64,000 bases of DNA from Utricularia gibba (taxonomy: Eukaryota; Plantae; Magnoliophyta): NCBI GenBank assembly GCA_002189035.1, contig NEEC01000010.1:2604001-2668000 (forward strand). The letters are read 5' to 3'. Shown piece by piece: positions 1-14,046 of the stretch. Made by a program: the position numbers and the translations under genes. The notes under the pieces are model-generated. The model did not search any database. It was not told the origin of the DNA and was given only the letters and a program-made list of their open reading frames with translations. Within the stretch, counting starts at the first letter, position 1, and every line of letters starts with the position of its first letter.

Positions 1-118
1 TCTTTCTGTTACAGAAGAATCATATTTGTGATTTTGTACACACTTTTCCATCTATGCGTGAAACCATGATCGACAGACATTCTCACTTATTTCTCCTTTT
101 TTATCTATTCCTTCGCAG

Positions 119-847
119 TTCATCCAGAAGGGCAATGTATGAAGCTTAAGAAAAATGTTTCTTGTCAGGCAGCCTTCGCCAAACAATTAAACTTAGAGTT
201 TCATCCGTTAGAAAGAAGAATCACCCTAAATGGTGCTTCTAGATCAAAGCATTCTTCTATAATATGCGCTGCAGCCCTGGTAATTCTCATTCCCACGTAG
301 GAAATTTGCAGTTTTTTTGTTCAGTTATGCTGACATTATCTTTCCTGTGCGTCAATTGTGTTTGATGTTAGTGCGTTCCAAAATACTTCGAGTCATTATC
401 CTTTTTTTTTTTTTTTGAAACCGCAGAACGCCAGATGTGCAGCTGAGCAGACCCAAACCGTAACAAGGCAATCATCAACTATAACAGTCGCACCTATTCA
501 AGGTAAATATCATCCTTTTTTCATCTTTGTTCCAAAAAATAATTGATGAAGAGCAACAAGACCTGCTGAGGTTGCTGAATCTCACCACCTACACCGCACT
601 CTTAAACCACGTAGATGGATCCAGAATGAGTTACAATCTTAACCACAATCTTGTTTCAGGTAAAGAAAAGTCTCCAGAGCTGGATGATGGTGGAACAGGA
701 TTTCCTCCACGTGATGATGGTGACGGTGGAGGCGGCGGAGGTGGCGGTGGCGGCCGCTGGTCCGGTGGCTTCTTCTTCTTCGGGTTCCTTGCATTCCTTG
801 GTTTTCTCAAGGATAAGGAGAGCGAGGGCCGCTATGGCGATGAATGA
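119..847 (+). CDS. YELLOW LEAF 1 / FERTILITY RESTORER RF2-like glycine-rich organellar protein (5' end unresolved)
   Basis: Exons 119-279, 427-502, 660-847 with GT-AG introns give ...IICAAALNARCAAEQTQTVTRQSSTITVAPIQGKEKSPELDDGGTGFPPRDDGDGGGGGGGGGGRWSGGFFFFGFLAFLGFLKDKESE. The SPxLDDGGTGFPP + poly-G + hydrophobic tail is the family signature. The first coding exon is either an ATG at 54 or outside the window. Confidence 0.75.
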
Positions 848-1938
848 TGGGAACTTAGAGTTGCAGCCATGAGGAAGGATGCCACAGACAGTATTACATC
901 AATATGTCAACCAGTTTTTGTCCCATGATTCAAATGTTGAAACCAACCAACCCAAAGTCCTTTAGGTTGAAGATGCCACTGGAAATTTACAGTTGGTGTA
1001 GTATAGAAATAATTATGAATATTGAATATGAATAGAAAATTACAAGAATCGATTATAAATGGTGGCCATTTGAATTAAATCAATTATTTTTTTTATTCAA
1101 TCAATTAATTTTATATAAAATTAAGCATATAATATTTATAAAAATAATGTATTTTTACGAATAAACACATATTTTCTAAAGTTGATGATACAAATTTGCT
1201 ACCTAAGTACAAATAAAATAAAAATCAATTGAGAATAAAGTCCATTAATATTTAGAAATTAAGTTAGAAGTAAAAAAATTTCTAATTGGTTCTCTAGAAC
1301 CGATTTCGGGTAGGAAATGATTACACATATATTTCTATTCGGATTCGGGTTCGGGTCGGGTTCGGTTGTGGTTGTTATGGGACCGACCTCGACCCACGAA
1401 CATTCTTAGAGGGCGACCAAGGCCATGTGCAGGTGTCTCAAAGTGAAGGTGCGATGAGCAGCCATGGTGCTCATGTTCGCTGGCTTCATTCTGTGATCAC
1501 CTGCTTGCTACCTGCGCTTAATTCAAGCACATCCAGCAGTGTAAACATGTGATTTGGTGTTGCATTTTGTTTTGGTTTGAGAAAGATAGGGATGCCACCG
1601 AGTTCAACAACAGCCCACATGCAGTATCAATAGCTCAAAACTGATATCTATCTAAGCTGCATACTCATGATCTACTATGTAACAATGTCTAGATTCTTGT
1701 AGAAAGAACGATAGGGACTGAACCAGAGCTTTCTGAAAGATAAAGCTCTTCACTTTACACACGGATAAAAGATTCAGAGTGCTCCACAGACAGTAAAAGA
1801 GTGAAATGCATATATTCCCTTCCATCTTCTATATGATTTGCTCCCTTGTGAAAACGACAATGTACATATCCAGAACACTAAAGAACATAGCATCAGCCCT
1901 AAGGAATCGGTTTATCTCATCCCAACTCCAGGGTTTGG

Positions 1939-2960
1939 TTATACCCATCCTTGCTTGTATCTGATGAAGATATCCTCAGTTTGCGCATTTCTGTATGCGC
2001 AGAAGGCTATGAGATAAACCCAGATCAGAACAACAACAGTTATTATGAGCACGGTGTTGGCTCTTCTCCACTCTTGCCTCAGGTTCCCAAGCAGGCCGGC
2101 CTTGCAGGATTTGCAGTCATAGCAGACTTTGCTCTGGTCATTGCTCCAAATTGCGCAGTCTGGATCAGCTGCTATGTTGGGTTCGCCAATCCATGTCGTG
2201 GGGGTGGAATATTGCAGCCCGCACGCCATTGGTGGCTTGCAGCAGCCAGACTGCAAGTAGACAATAAGTTAGCAAAGAAAATCATGCATTCCATCATCGT
2301 TTAGATCATTTCTTGAGCTGAAAATGGCACAGGAATCCAATGTGTGTGTATGATATGAAGGCACTGAATCTTGTTGAAAAGGGGGCTCATCATGCCTAGA
2401 ATTTCAAATCAAGTGCAGGGGACCCTCAATCCCTAATTACAGATTTCCACGAACCTGCTCACCTGGATCGGAGAAAGGTGCGCGGCGAAGAATCCGGCGG
2501 GGGAAGTAAACTTGGCGGCGAGGTTCGGACAAATCGGGGAAGTAGCCAGACAGGACCTTATGTTGACCCAATTATCGCTGCTAGTAATGTGGTCCCTAAG
2601 CCAGGAGGAAAATCCCTGAAGCCTGTACTCCTGAAATGCGGCGCCGGTGACGCTGTAGCCACCGCCATGGCGCGTGACGACGAAAGCGAGCACTAGGGTT
2701 GCGAGTAAGAGTACAATGAGAATCATCATGAAAACCAGATAAACGGCGAGGAGGCCCTTCTTCTTCCAGTAGGCTCCGACAAATCCGGCGAGAGAGACGG
2801 CGAGGATGGAAACCCCCAGGAAGATGATGGGCCAGCGAAGCCAGTGGATGCAGTCGTTATCGGGCTTGGAGGCGAGCCAGATGCCGGCGGCAATCACCGG
2901 AATCGAGCACATCACGGCGAGGAAGTTGAGGATGGCGGTGATGTTGTTGCTCACCGCCAT
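1939..2960 (-). CDS. TET2: Tetraspanin-2
   Basis: Two exons (2960-2463, 2250-1939). MAVSNNITAILNFLA... start, IWLASKPDN, plant tetraspanin SGCCKPP motif, C-terminus RNAQTEDIFIRYKQGWV. Confidence 0.93.
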
Positions 2961-3488
2961 GATTGCTGCTCTGTCTTGCTTTCTGACTGGCAGACAGAGC
3001 AGAGAGAGCAAGGAATTTATTCGAGACGCAGTGCAGACCTACAAGACGATCCAATTAATTAATTTACATTATTGTTTTATTTACATTCTATTAATAATTA
3101 ATACGGTTGATACAATTAAATTCAATATTCCGATAATTATTAGATATATACTTATTTTTTAACTTATGATTTAAATAGTAATTAATATTACTTATTACGT
3201 ACAACTTCGACTTTTAACTTTATTCAAAATTTTACTTAATTTATACTTATTTTAAATTGACATACATTTATATTTAAATTCAATTTATTTTATAAATTAC
3301 GTTTGTTGTACTTATTAAAACAAATCATTACCTTTTCCAGAAAATGCTGCACAAACAACAGGTACTTATATGGTTTCTAATTATCTAATAGCCTACTTTG
3401 TATAAGTTATGAAATAAATATTATAGACTATGTACTTAGTGTTTTAAAAAATGATATTCATTTAAATAATGGAAGTGTTAAGAAAGAC

Positions 3489-3558
3489 TGGGCCGCGTTT
3501 TTTTAAAAAATTTGGGCCCAGACCCAATAATTCCCAACAGAGTGATTTGTAACCCTAG
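3489..3558 (+). promoter_or_regulatory. Site II motifs (TGGGCC) and telo-box of the RPS30 promoter
   Basis: TGGGCC at 3489-3494, overlapping TGGGCCCA at 3513-3520, and TAACCCTAG at 3550-3558. Site II plus telo-box is the known arrangement of plant ribosomal-protein promoters. Confidence 0.7.
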
Positions 3559-3639
3559 TCTGCGTGAGCTAATCGAGAGTCTCTCCTCTTTGGATAATCG
3601 GCGCCTCCAGATCCGTTTCGTTTTCTCGTGGGATAGAAC

Positions 3640-4539
<900 letters not shown>

Positions 4540-5024
4540 GGGCAACGAGGCATTGTCATGTATGTGCTTGCCTACTTGTTACAATGATTTGGAACATAGT
4601 CTTTCTGAAATCTGAACTATGCACTTGATCCTTTTTGTTTCCTTCGCTGAAGATCTCTTTGAACCACTACAAGTAGTTCTGTGCTTTTAGCTTCCGCTTT
4701 TGCTGTTGATCAATCTGTGCAACAGCTTAGACAAAATAATGTTTTAGAAAGGGTGTCAAGCAAGCTCTATTTATCCCTTGAAATCAGCAACCCCTTTAGG
4801 ATACAGCAACATGAGACGGAAAAGGCAGTGCCATGCCATCATGTTGCATGAATTTGTTTGAATTAAAAATTGACTAGGTACATATTATACATTTTTTTCT
4901 TGAAATATAATTTTTGCAAGAGATTTAAATCGAGATGCCAAAACTAGCACACGTCCTTTCATCCTGTATAGGATGCCATCCCTACATGATAATCACAATA
5001 CACAATTCATTTCACTGGATTTGA

Positions 5025-7982
5025 TTACACCATCATCTGTGGCCCCTCCGACTGCACGTTTGCCGCCTTGCAAGACTGGAGCAAGTAGTTGCAGGCCCCC
5101 ACAGCTTCTCCCACACTCACAAACACCCAGTCTTGCCCCATTTCCTCCAACAACTCGGATCTCTTCATCTTCTTCATCACCTCCCCATTGGGATTAGCCA
5201 ATGCCACCTGCTTTTAGTCGAAAACGCATTGGAAAAGAGGAATAAACGAGTAGAGTCATCTTCCATGGTTGTTTCTGGTTACCTTCAAGCCCCTTCTTTC
5301 CATCATCTTCTTGACTTCCTTCAACATTGTGATCCCGCTCGTGTCAATGGTACCTACCCCTGTTAACAGTTATCTTCTTAAGCTCCAATTACTGTACTTT
5401 AAACTCTGGTTTGTGCTACAGCTCTCACCTGTCATGTTGAGAACTACATACTGTAACTGGGGACCGCTGCCTGACTTCAATCTGTCTTCTTCATCATCAA
5501 CCCATCTCGAGATTCTGTTGGCATCAACTGTACAATTTGTCAATGCCCAAGTGGGAGGATTAGGACATGAGCTAGTTACCTTTCTCTCAAGTAAATAGAA
5601 TTGAGGAAGTAAACTGGGGAGTCGATTTCCAGAATCAGGATTCCAGGTGCAGTGTTGGCATTTCGATACTGATGAACACTTCTGTAGATCTTGGTGTCGG
5701 GGATGCTTCCCATGGCCATTGTCCGTGGCCTAGCCACAAAAATAAGCACCCGCAGAACGGACAACCCAATCTGCTGGTTTGGATGTAGTCAGTCTAGAAT
5801 GAGTTATTGGAATGCTTCATGATTCTTATCTAGAGAGAAACTCACTGCGAGGAGCAAGCCGAGTTGAATGTCAGCAAAGACGACACCCGTGTAGGCGGTG
5901 ATGCAGACGAGGAAATCGAACTTATCGATGTGCCAGAGATGGACAGCCGCTCTGTAATCGAGGAGTCCAACCATGGCAGACACGATGATGGAAGAGAGGA
6001 CCACCAAAGGGGTATGATGAAAAAGAGGAGTCAGGAATAAAAGCGTTATCATGACTGCAAACGCCATCACCATGTTGGAAACCGCTGTCTGGCATCCCGC
6101 GTTGAAGTTCACTGCTGATCGAGAAAACGGCCCTGAAAAAACAGTAGCCAGAGATCATTCCCGATCCCATTTCATTTCAGTATGAAAGCTTTAAGTTTAC
6201 TCACCGGCAGTAAGGTAACAAGAAGTGCACGCGCCGGCGATATTCATCATCCGAAAGCAAACATCTCTTTGTTACCATCGATGTTGTAATTCTTGAACAT
6301 GGCAAAGGTTCTCCCGACAGCGATTCCTTCCTGTTCTCACACACCATCCGATTTACAACCTCGCTACCCATTAAAACGAACAAGAAAGAAGAACAATAAA
6401 CTCACGGCGAGACCGATCATGCCGGTGACTACGCCAGTCTTGATGGTTCCCGACAAATACCTCGAATCGAAATTAAAATCGGTAATGGAGATCGGATTGA
6501 TCCCCTTCTTCAATCCCCCAATCTGTTTTTAATCAACGACAGTGAAGCTGAAGCAAAAAAAATACTCCGAACACGAGTTTCAGGGAAGGAACAGGGCTAT
6601 CTCACCACTTGGATACCATGGGCTTCCCCATGCGCAAGAAACGCTAAAAGACTACCCAAAACCACTGACGCCAAAGGCGCCATTGCTGAAACCCAAAAGA
6701 GCTTCGGCTTCTTCTTGCTCTGCTACAACAACATTACCTTCAAATTCCATTTACATAAAATAAAAACACCCCCACCGGAAAACGTACGTAGTATCTGGCG
6801 CCGAGCAGGTAGAAAAGAAAGACTGATCCCACCACCGCACTTTCCCATCTCCACTGCAAATTCACAAGTACAAAGGTTTAACGTTCAAATATGGATTAAA
6901 TAAAAATTATTAAATCGAATTAAATTCATATATATAAATATGCATCTCAGCCCAATCACGTGGGGAAATCATGGAAGTAACATGGGGCATAACACGTGTT
7001 CAGTTGAGACAGCGATGAATAACAAACAAAAAGGAATTCGTGACAAAATCAAGGTTAAAATCGTCCAAATTGGAACAAAAAAAAGTGCATAAACATGATT
7101 AATTGATTACGTGATGCGTCTGTCCGATGACGGAGCGTATCACCGATACGATATCCGTAGCATGTGTAAAAGTTTCGAGGCCCAGGAAGCCCTTCAGCTG
7201 CTGCAGGCACACCACCGTCGCCGCGCCGCCCATGAACCCGACGATCGCCGCATGGGACAGGAAATCAACCACGAACCCAAGTCTGCAACATTCCCAAGCG
7301 GCCACGCACTTTTTCTTCTGAACTCAGAGATATAAAATAATTTGTTTGAGAGATATACCTGAGAATCCCCAAGGTGGCCTCGAAAATTCCGGCGAAGAGG
7401 GTGGCGGTGAAGGCGAGGTGGAGGTAGAGTTGGGGTTCTTGAAGGCGGTCGACCAAGGGGCTTAGCATGGTGCCCATCAGTAACGAGCCGACGGCAACCG
7501 TCCCGACGGTGACGTCTCTCGAGGTTCCGAGTAAGGCGTAGATCAACGGCGGGACGAAGCTGGAGTCTAAGGAAGAGAGTGATGAGAATTAGCACATTTT
7601 TGTTCAGCAGAAGGAGGGGGTGAGGAAGAGGCACTGACAGAGGCCGAGGACAGGAGGCAAGTACGCGAGCTTGGCGTAGCTGATTCCTTGGGGAATCGCA
7701 AGGCTGGCGATGGTGATTCCGGCGATGAGGTCGGATTTGAATAAATGGAGAGTGTACTTGGGGCCCCACTCCAGTATAGGAAAAACGTACTGCAGCGCAA
7801 GCACCGCTTTCTTCCCGGAGTCTGGTTCCTCAACCGCCGTAGCGGGTCGTCGGGGAACAGCATCTCCTTCGCCGCCTTCCCCAGCGACTCCAGGAACGTC
7901 TCCGGTGGGGAACCTCCACGCGCCGGTGCGCCGGGTGGAAGTTTCTCGCGTCCTCAGAGGAATGATCGGCAGTGCCGCCCAT
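5025..7982 (-). CDS. SULTR3;1: Sulfate transporter group 3 (SULTR3;1-like, STAS domain); frameshifted as assembled
   Basis: 12 exons: 7982-7639, 7566-7359, 7282-7111, 6853-6788, 6719-6606, 6522-6406, 6330-6205, 6132-5846, then four more down to 5025. Motifs LFPDDP, SDLIAGITIASLAIPQGISYAKLA, GPFSRSAVNFNAGC, and STAS (LEIDSPVYF, IDTSGI). Three 1-bp deletions (~7907-7910, ~7807-7810, ~6250) break the frame; real pseudogene versus sequencing error is unresolved. Confidence 0.85.
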
Positions 7983-9147
7983 CTCCGGTAGCACCAAGTA
8001 AAAAATGCGGATTGGGGCAGGGGATGGCGCAAGCCAATTTATAGAGAAACGCTGCCGTGACGCAGAGGCAGAGCAACACTCACCACACATTCGTACACGT
8101 GGCTATTTGCCACCCGTTTATCTATTTCATAATTTTAACTATTTCATAACATGCATCACCTTCTAATTTACACAAATTTTCAACACATCTATTAACCACA
8201 TGGTGTATTCTCAATGATTTCCATGATTAAACATGCATCAAAACTTCCGAAAAACATTACAACATACTACATTCGTCACTCGATTATACAGCAAATCACG
8301 TATTTAAATATACGAATACGACGAAATGATGAAAATAAAAAATCGAACTAATCCTTACTAGAAAATAATCTCCTATCACCTGTATTTTAATAAATTCTTT
8401 AAATTAAATGAAAAAATTGGATAATTAACAGAAGGGTCAACTTTGACCACGACCAAGGTTACTAATGGCGGTGTTTGAATTTGATTGGACGAGGATCCGG
8501 AATTTTTCTATTTTATGGTGGTCCTAATTGCAGCGGGTGCCACCTTTTGTCTACCTCCATTTTCTCCTCCTTTTGACCGCCATAATTGATTAGACGTTAT
8601 GTTATACAGTTTTGCATCATTATTTTTGAAGTAATTTAAAAAAATATTTTTGGATCAAACAAGTCCCACAAAACTTTTTGGGTTCTACTTGATTCCTATT
8701 CTTAATAATTGATTTTAAAAAAATGTTTTTAATAAAATAGAAATTAGTATGTATAAATTCATAAAATACAAAAAAATCTTTTTTTGAAGTAGAAGTACTC
8801 GTTTAATTTCTTATTATTTAAATCAACTATCGATTTTTTTATGTAATTTGTAAAACGGAGTAAATAAAATAAAATGATAGATATATTAATTGGTTAGTTT
8901 AGAAAAGTGGGTATTTGGGCTTTATCTTTCACACATTATGCTCAATATTTCTCAATATTTTATATATAAGGTAATCATTTTTATCAAATGTTCAATAGCT
9001 TTTGAATGGCCAATTTTGTAATATTTTCCTTATTAATTTAGAATGATTAAAAACAAATAAAACAAGAGATAATATATTATAACTTTATCGCCTCCCTGAG
9101 TGAAACGGGGGATAGCTCATTTCTTCTTCATTCTTCGCTGAAACGCC

Positions 9148-10643
9148 ATGGCGTTTGAGCATGCACTAGCCCCATTGAAATGCTCCTTTCGCCTCTCCCA
9201 CGAGCAATCCCATATTTCCCCAAATTCCAATGTGTCTTTAAACCCTAGATTTCGTAGGAGAAGAATAGCCTCCTCGGCCCGCGTGAAGTGCTCTTTCAAC
9301 TACAACGGAAGTGGCTTCGCTTCGGCCCAGAACAATGGGTTTTACCAGTACGATGGAGAGTCGCCGCCGGGCCAACTGTACCCTCGGCCGGCTGAGATAC
9401 CATGGAAGAAGGAGTTATGCAATTCGGTGCAACTTATCGGGGTGGTTGGTGCGCCTATTCAAACCAAAAGTTTACCCTCGGGAAAGTTCCTAGCTTGGTC
9501 CCGCCTCGGGGTGAAGAAGTCCCCAACCGATACAGCTTGGTATTCCTCGTCTTTTTGCTCTGTTTGAATTACTGAATCGTATTAGGTTTACATGGCTTGC
9601 TCATCTGTCGTTTGATTGCCGTTGCTGTATGTCAACTATTGGATGGAGTTTTCTTTTTCTATCTGTCTTTTTTTTTTCGCGGCTCTGTATTGCAATACAA
9701 TGGCCTCACAGTGTTAATGTTATGAAATTTAGATAAGGTGGGATTCTGAAGCACAGTACCAAATGTGTTAATCTCTTACAGTTTATTCTTCTACTGATAG
9801 AAAAAAGAATTCATGTTCTGGATGCCCCTTGAATGTTTGTTGTTAATTTTGAAGGGTGAACTTAACCTTTTGGGATGAGTTGGCTTACATAGCTTCACAG
9901 CATGTTGAAAAAGGTAACCAAATATATGTCTCTGGTCGCCTCATCTCTGATACTGTTGAAGGTGATGACGGGAAACAGCAAACCTACTATAAGGTATGCC
10001 AGCCTTTGTGCATATATATGCGTGCGTTTTAACTTACACCGATTATGCCCTGCACTCGATAGGTAGTTGTGCAGCAGCTGAATTTCATTGAAAACACTCT
10101 GCAATCTGCTGAATCGCGTTATAGAGATCCAATTTCTGGGACGGCAGGTACTAGTTCCTTCCCAGTTTGCTCTTTTGACAAGTCTAATGGCGGATTTTCG
10201 AACCTTGGTACTCAAAAGAGTAAAATAATTTGGACCCTTTTCTGCTTGCTTATTGGCAAACCACCTTATATTTGTGTTCAGCAAGAAAGCAGATGCCTGG
10301 ATCTTCCACAGAGGAGTTGTGGCAGGCTTTCTTTGCTAATCCAGTGGAGTGGTGGGATAACAGGAAAAACAAGGTACTCTGTATACGATTCTACATTACA
10401 CTTGTTCATCTTCTTTGGATCAACATTTTGACCCAGTTCGGTGTATTCTTTTCACAGAAGAGCCCAAACTATCCAGATTTCAAGCACAAAGACACTGGAG
10501 AGGCATTGTGGATTGAAGGTAGGTATAATCCATCATGGGTTAAATCGCAGCTTGCAGTACTTGACTCGAGGATGGAATCGTTTAATCACACTAGCAAACA
10601 TCCTGTAAACTTCATGGCTGTCAATGATCTTGGCCATTTCTAG
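9148..10643 (+). CDS. OSB: Organellar single-stranded DNA-binding protein (OSB family, OSB2/PTAC9-like), probable plastid transit peptide
   Basis: Five exons starting 9148-9539, 9855-9993, 10063-10147. SSB-like domain (NSVQLIGVVG, VNLTFWDELA, IYVSGRL) followed by one PDF motif (LWQAFFANPVEWWDNRKNK-KSPNYPDFKHKDTGEALW). Confidence 0.9.
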
Positions 10644-10795
10644 TTTTTCATTATGTATTCAACTGTCCTTTTGTGATTCAGTCACAAAACGTATTCATTT
10701 TGTTTCTAATAACATAAATCATAGCCCAAGTCGCTGATGAGAAACCGTTGTTGAGGCATTGATACGAAAATCATATTCCAAAATGAATTTTTTTT

Positions 10796-12382
10796 TCATG
10801 GATAGAAAAGCTTTGCAAACAGAAGCTCGTTCCAGGTATCCTGCAGCCCAGGTAAACACCAATGTATGCAATCAGCATAGCTTACTGGATTCGCCAACTG
10901 CTCTTCAGTGAGACGCCCCCACTGCTTCTTATATATTGAGGTATGTGCATCTTTTCTAGCACTGGAGAGTTGTGTGATATTTAGAAATGTGATGGGAAAC
11001 TCCGATTTGCTTAATTCTGTCGATGCAACCTGCATTAAGCTTCTCTGTGCGCCAAAGAAGCTCCCATCTTCTAATATGCTTGTTTCATTGTAGCAGTTAC
11101 CACCATTCACCCCTCCCCATTTGTAGCTCCTGCGAAAACACCAACTATTGTGCATCTCAACCTAGTCATGTTTTTCTTAGTGTACCAGTTAAGTCTGGAG
11201 TACCATTGGTGTGTGGGAGACATGCTTGTGAAAAATGCTCTTTGTCGTGCAGGATCCATATTGTCATTGATCCATTCAACAAGGCTCTTCACTGCAAGGC
11301 GATACGCATCATCCATCGGAATCGTTATGCTGCTGGCATCATTCTCTATGGATCCTTCTCTGTGGGGACGAAGAGGAAATACTCAATGCCATGGTGACAG
11401 GAGAAGCATCCTATCACAAGAAGATGACTTACACTATCCTCAACCCGTTTATCCACCAAATGTAGGTGTAAAAGACAAGAACATCAGCTCCTTTCCAGGT
11501 GATGCCATGCCGATCAACCGACCTGTTTCGAATGGCTCGATCACTCACTCTGTGCTTGTATGGATCATCTGCATTCGACTCCAGAAGGAACGGCGCCCAG
11601 TAGAACTCAATGGTAACATCGTACTCCTGATCCATTACTCTAGTAAGTAAACTTTCATGTTGTGCTCAAAACAAGCTGTTCTATTCATGGCTACCTTTGC
11701 AGTGAAAACAGTCAAGGGTCCTTCCCTGTGAATGGCTTTAGCTTCATCTGGGATGATCCCATGTAGAAGACAGAGCATAGATGTGTATTGGCCTCGAGCC
11801 AGTGAATCTCCCACCATCATCATCCTCTTCCCTCTCAGGCTTTCCAGCAGCAAACTCTCATTAAATCTGTCACCAAACCACCACCTCATTCCTGATTCAA
11901 ATCCAGACACAAACTGTGTGAATCACCAACCTTGGAATGGAGCATCCATCAGGTTGCCATCTCCAGTGCCGGAAATCATCCTCCGGTCGGCCGTGTTCGA
12001 GGCACGTCAGCTGCGGCTCGATATAAGGACACTCCCACTCCTCATACCACGGTCGACTGTAGTCCCGCACCCACTTCCCCGTAAACAAATCACACCCTCC
12101 TCCTCCTCCCACAGCAAACGGCAGCCTCATCCTCCCCTTGCTCGTACCCAAGACGGCGACACGGTGGCTGCGCTTCAGTCCGGTACGACGGTGGTCTATG
12201 TCCGGTAACTGTGAAATGAAGCACTGGTCCGCGTAGTGATGATATACAGCGCCGGTGAGGATGAAGGCCATCACCAGAAACGGGGATGCAACAGTGCCTC
12301 GCAACATGACCCCCAGTCTCCTCCCCCGACCCAGCCACCATGTGACTTGTATCGTGCGAGACCAAAAAGGAATGTGTAACAT
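10796..12382 (-). CDS. TBL33: Trichome birefringence-like polysaccharide O-acetyltransferase (TBL33-like)
   Basis: Five exons (to 11931, 11866-11695, 11626-11433, 11359-11204, 11129-10796). [19 protein letters not shown] motif (MMVGDSL), [17 protein letters not shown]. The start is the ATG at 12382 or 12307. Confidence 0.9.
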
Positions 12383-14046
12383 TTACGTCGGTACATACTA
12401 TTTTCGACGTCCGGAAATGGAAAACCATAGTAATTCATAATGTCCAATAATGTCCCCATATCAAGTTAGTTTTATTACCATACCTGAAGTCCAAATTTTG
12501 ATCCCCGGTCAAACCGGACCCATGTTCGGGTTTTTAATGCTCGGTTGGCGCTAGAAGAATGGTCCGGTCCGGTTTGGGGTTGAGGTTGTGTTTAGGTGGC
12601 AGAAGAGTCATTATATGCATCCCTATCCCCCGCTGCACAAACTAGCTGTTCCCTGCTCCCAGGCGCAGGCTTCCCCTTTTTACTTACTGTTTTTAATTTT
12701 TACTGCGCCCTCGCCACGTGCCTAATGTTCTGGATAATGTTCTTTTTTAGTAGAATGGTTAATCTACCCGACCCGACCCCAGTATCATTAAACCATCCTA
12801 CCAACTAACAACATAAATTCCAAAATTTTGGACACATCTATTACCTATGTCACTATATCTCTTTATTAATTATTTCAAACGGTAACAATTCATGATGTTC
12901 ACTATATAAAATTTCATTCTGATAGAGTAAAAGTAGGATTGTATGATGCACAAACCGTGATGATTCACATTGCACATAGCATATTATTTCGATGAAGGTA
13001 TGACTGTATCATGTATAAATCGTCATATTTTACACTACTCATAACATATTATTTCAATACTCATTAAAAGTTTGTTTCAAAGTTCGTTATGAGTCATGTA
13101 CAAATCATGATAATTCATGTAGTCATGTATGTTGCTACATAATTGATAGTATTACTTATATATATTTTTTGTATGTGAAGATAATAATAATAATGAAACA
13201 TTTTTCAAATGTGTCCCCATGCTAAAGTCTTAGCCCTCGGCTTCCAGAAACTTTTGTTTTATTGCACAATAATAAATAAAACAAAATAACCGGTTCACAT
13301 GGGACGGAGACAATGACAATGGAGCCGGCGTTTGGAGCGCAAGGGGTCGGGGAGTTTGGAGGACAAAATGGTAATTGACGGATGCACAATAATTACCCAA
13401 AGGACAAAGACGCACGTGGATGATGAGCACGCCAGGCTAGGGATTTGGTCACGGTCGTACTGCTGTCCAGTTCTGGACATCTAAATTGACTTCAATTATT
13501 TATTACCCACCGCAACATTCATATAATTTAATTAATTTTTTTTTATCTCCACTAAAAACTTTCAAATTTTTAGAATTTCTTTGTTTACAAAAATCGTTGA
13601 ATCTTAATTTTGAATCTAATGATTAAATAAGTTATTATTTAAAAAATTTACACTTATTTTAAAAAATATATTTATACTTTTCAATTAATATATAATTTTT
13701 TATATATTATAAAATAGTTTTACGATCCTAAAATTGATTTTATTTTACATGATTTGAAATGCATAGTAAAAATATGGAATCATTCTTAATGTTAGGGATT
13801 GAATGTGTTGTAAATGTCAATCATTTGTTGTCAAAAAATGGTGCATCTTCTCCTCCTTCGTACCCATGTCTAAAGCCTTGTGTCACACGACAAACATTTA
13901 ATGCAATCCTTGGGAAAATGTCATGCTGGTACTTAGCCCGCAGGTGCGGTGCGGTGCGGTAGACGGGAGGACGGGAAACAGATCTGCGGCTCACGTTTGC
14001 TGCTGCGGCTTGCTCATTCGGGGTTTGACCGTCACCCCATTTTAAA

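Noticed and set aside
1475-1495. GGCTTCATTC match to miR166
   Set aside because: Only 10 of 21 nt match and there is no miR166* arm.
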